From contig NC_058372.1 of assembly GCF_018350175.1 (NCBI RefSeq), positions 30,752,001 to 30,816,000 of the forward strand: DNA of 64,000 bases, written 5' to 3'. The position numbers and the translations under genes are program-made. Each line of letters opens with the position of its first letter. The stretch's first letter is position 1. Below the pieces are notes generated by a model. The model was given only the letters and a program-made list of their open reading frames with translations. It made no database searches and had not been told where the DNA came from. Positions 63,043 through 64,000 of the stretch are shown piece after piece. This stretch comes from Felis catus. Taxonomy: Eukaryota.

Positions 63043-63574
63043 CTGGGAATAGATGCAAACAGAAGCTTTCCTATTGCTAGAAGAAGTAGTTGAGGCCCCG
63101 GCTCTCCTGGATTCAGACCAGAAGGTGGGCCAGCTCTGTAAGCCTAACTTGAGACCCATTTCTGCTTATCATCAAACTTCTTGTGGTCTCCTTATGGTCT
63201 GTCAAACTTGGTAGGCAGCCTCTAAGCTCAGGGCCTTTGTAGTGACTATCCCCTTTGCATGCATGTTCTGACCCCAGATGCCTGCGTGGTTCATGTCCAC
63301 ACTTCCTTTAACTCTTTGTTCAAATGTCACCTCTTCAGGGACAATCCTGATCACCCTATATAAAATTCCAGTTCTCCCAATTGCAATGTATCCTCCCGTT
63401 TTTGGACCTGATCCCAGCAACAAATTGCAAAACAACACTTATGAGACAATCAGGAAACTAACACTACCTACATACGTAATGATATTAACAAATGTTCATT
63501 TTTAAAGAAAAAATAATAGTGTGGCTATTTTTAGTCTTTAAAATTTTTTTTTAATTTTAGTCTTTAAAAAAAAA

Positions 63575-63778
63575 TTTTAATGTTTACTTATTTTTGAGAG
63601 AGAGAGGCAGAGCATGAGCAGGGGAGGGGCAGAGAGAGAGGGAAACAGAGAATCCAAAGCAGGCTCCAGGCTCTGAGATGTCAGCATAGAGCCTGACACG
63701 GGGCTCAAACCCACAGACTGCGAGATCATGACCTGAGCCGAGGTTGGAGGCTCAACCAACTGAACCACCCAGGTGCCT
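63575..63778 (-). mobile_element. Can-SINE in TNXB intron
   Basis: Full antisense SINE body; TATTTTTAGTCTTT present on both flanks. Confidence 0.92.
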
Positions 63779-64000
63779 CTATTTTTAGTCTTTTTGAAAA
63801 GAGTAATACACTTAAATATGAAGCAATGAAGTATAGAGTGTCTGGGATGAGCTTACAACAGTATATCCATACACTGGAATACTATTTGGACTAAAGGAAT
63901 GATGTACACCTACAGGTTACAACATGGAACCTCAAAAACACATTCAGTGAAAGAGTCCAGACACAGAAGAACACATATTGGGTGATACCACGTGTCTATG

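Noticed and set aside
53246-63080. Repeated + strand ORFs (…YWTxKxSxWPxGTVxER…)
   Set aside because: Antisense shadows of the TNXB FNIII exons.

Overview
Eukaryotic (mammalian) DNA: the gene-dense MHC class III segment NELFE(-) / SKIV2L(+) / DXO(-) / STK19(+) / C4(+) / CYP21A2(+) / TNXB(-, 3' part only). Can-SINEs of feliform type point to a carnivore, most likely a felid. I traced exons by eye from GT-AG boundaries and remembered human protein sequences: NELFE (start-codon exon hidden in an N gap), SKIV2L 28 exons, DXO 6 coding exons, STK19 7 coding exons (one partly masked), C4 all 41 exons, CYP21A2 10 exons, and the last 22 exons of TNXB. The RCCX module (STK19-C4-CYP21-TNX) is single-copy, has no pseudogenes, and has no endogenous retrovirus in C4 intron 9. 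I see no wholly new biological system; this is a well-studied locus. The most interesting observations are: apparent concerted evolution of TNXB fibronectin-III exons plus an intron, with a possibly reduced repeat number; a miR-1236-like mirtron; a frameshifted relic of the human STK19 long-isoform start; loss of the ATG used by human short tenascin-X; a nuclear-receptor site cluster in C4 intron 35; perfect DR1 arrays; and inverted SINEs around a TNXB exon. Comparisons with human rely on memory and need alignment to confirm.
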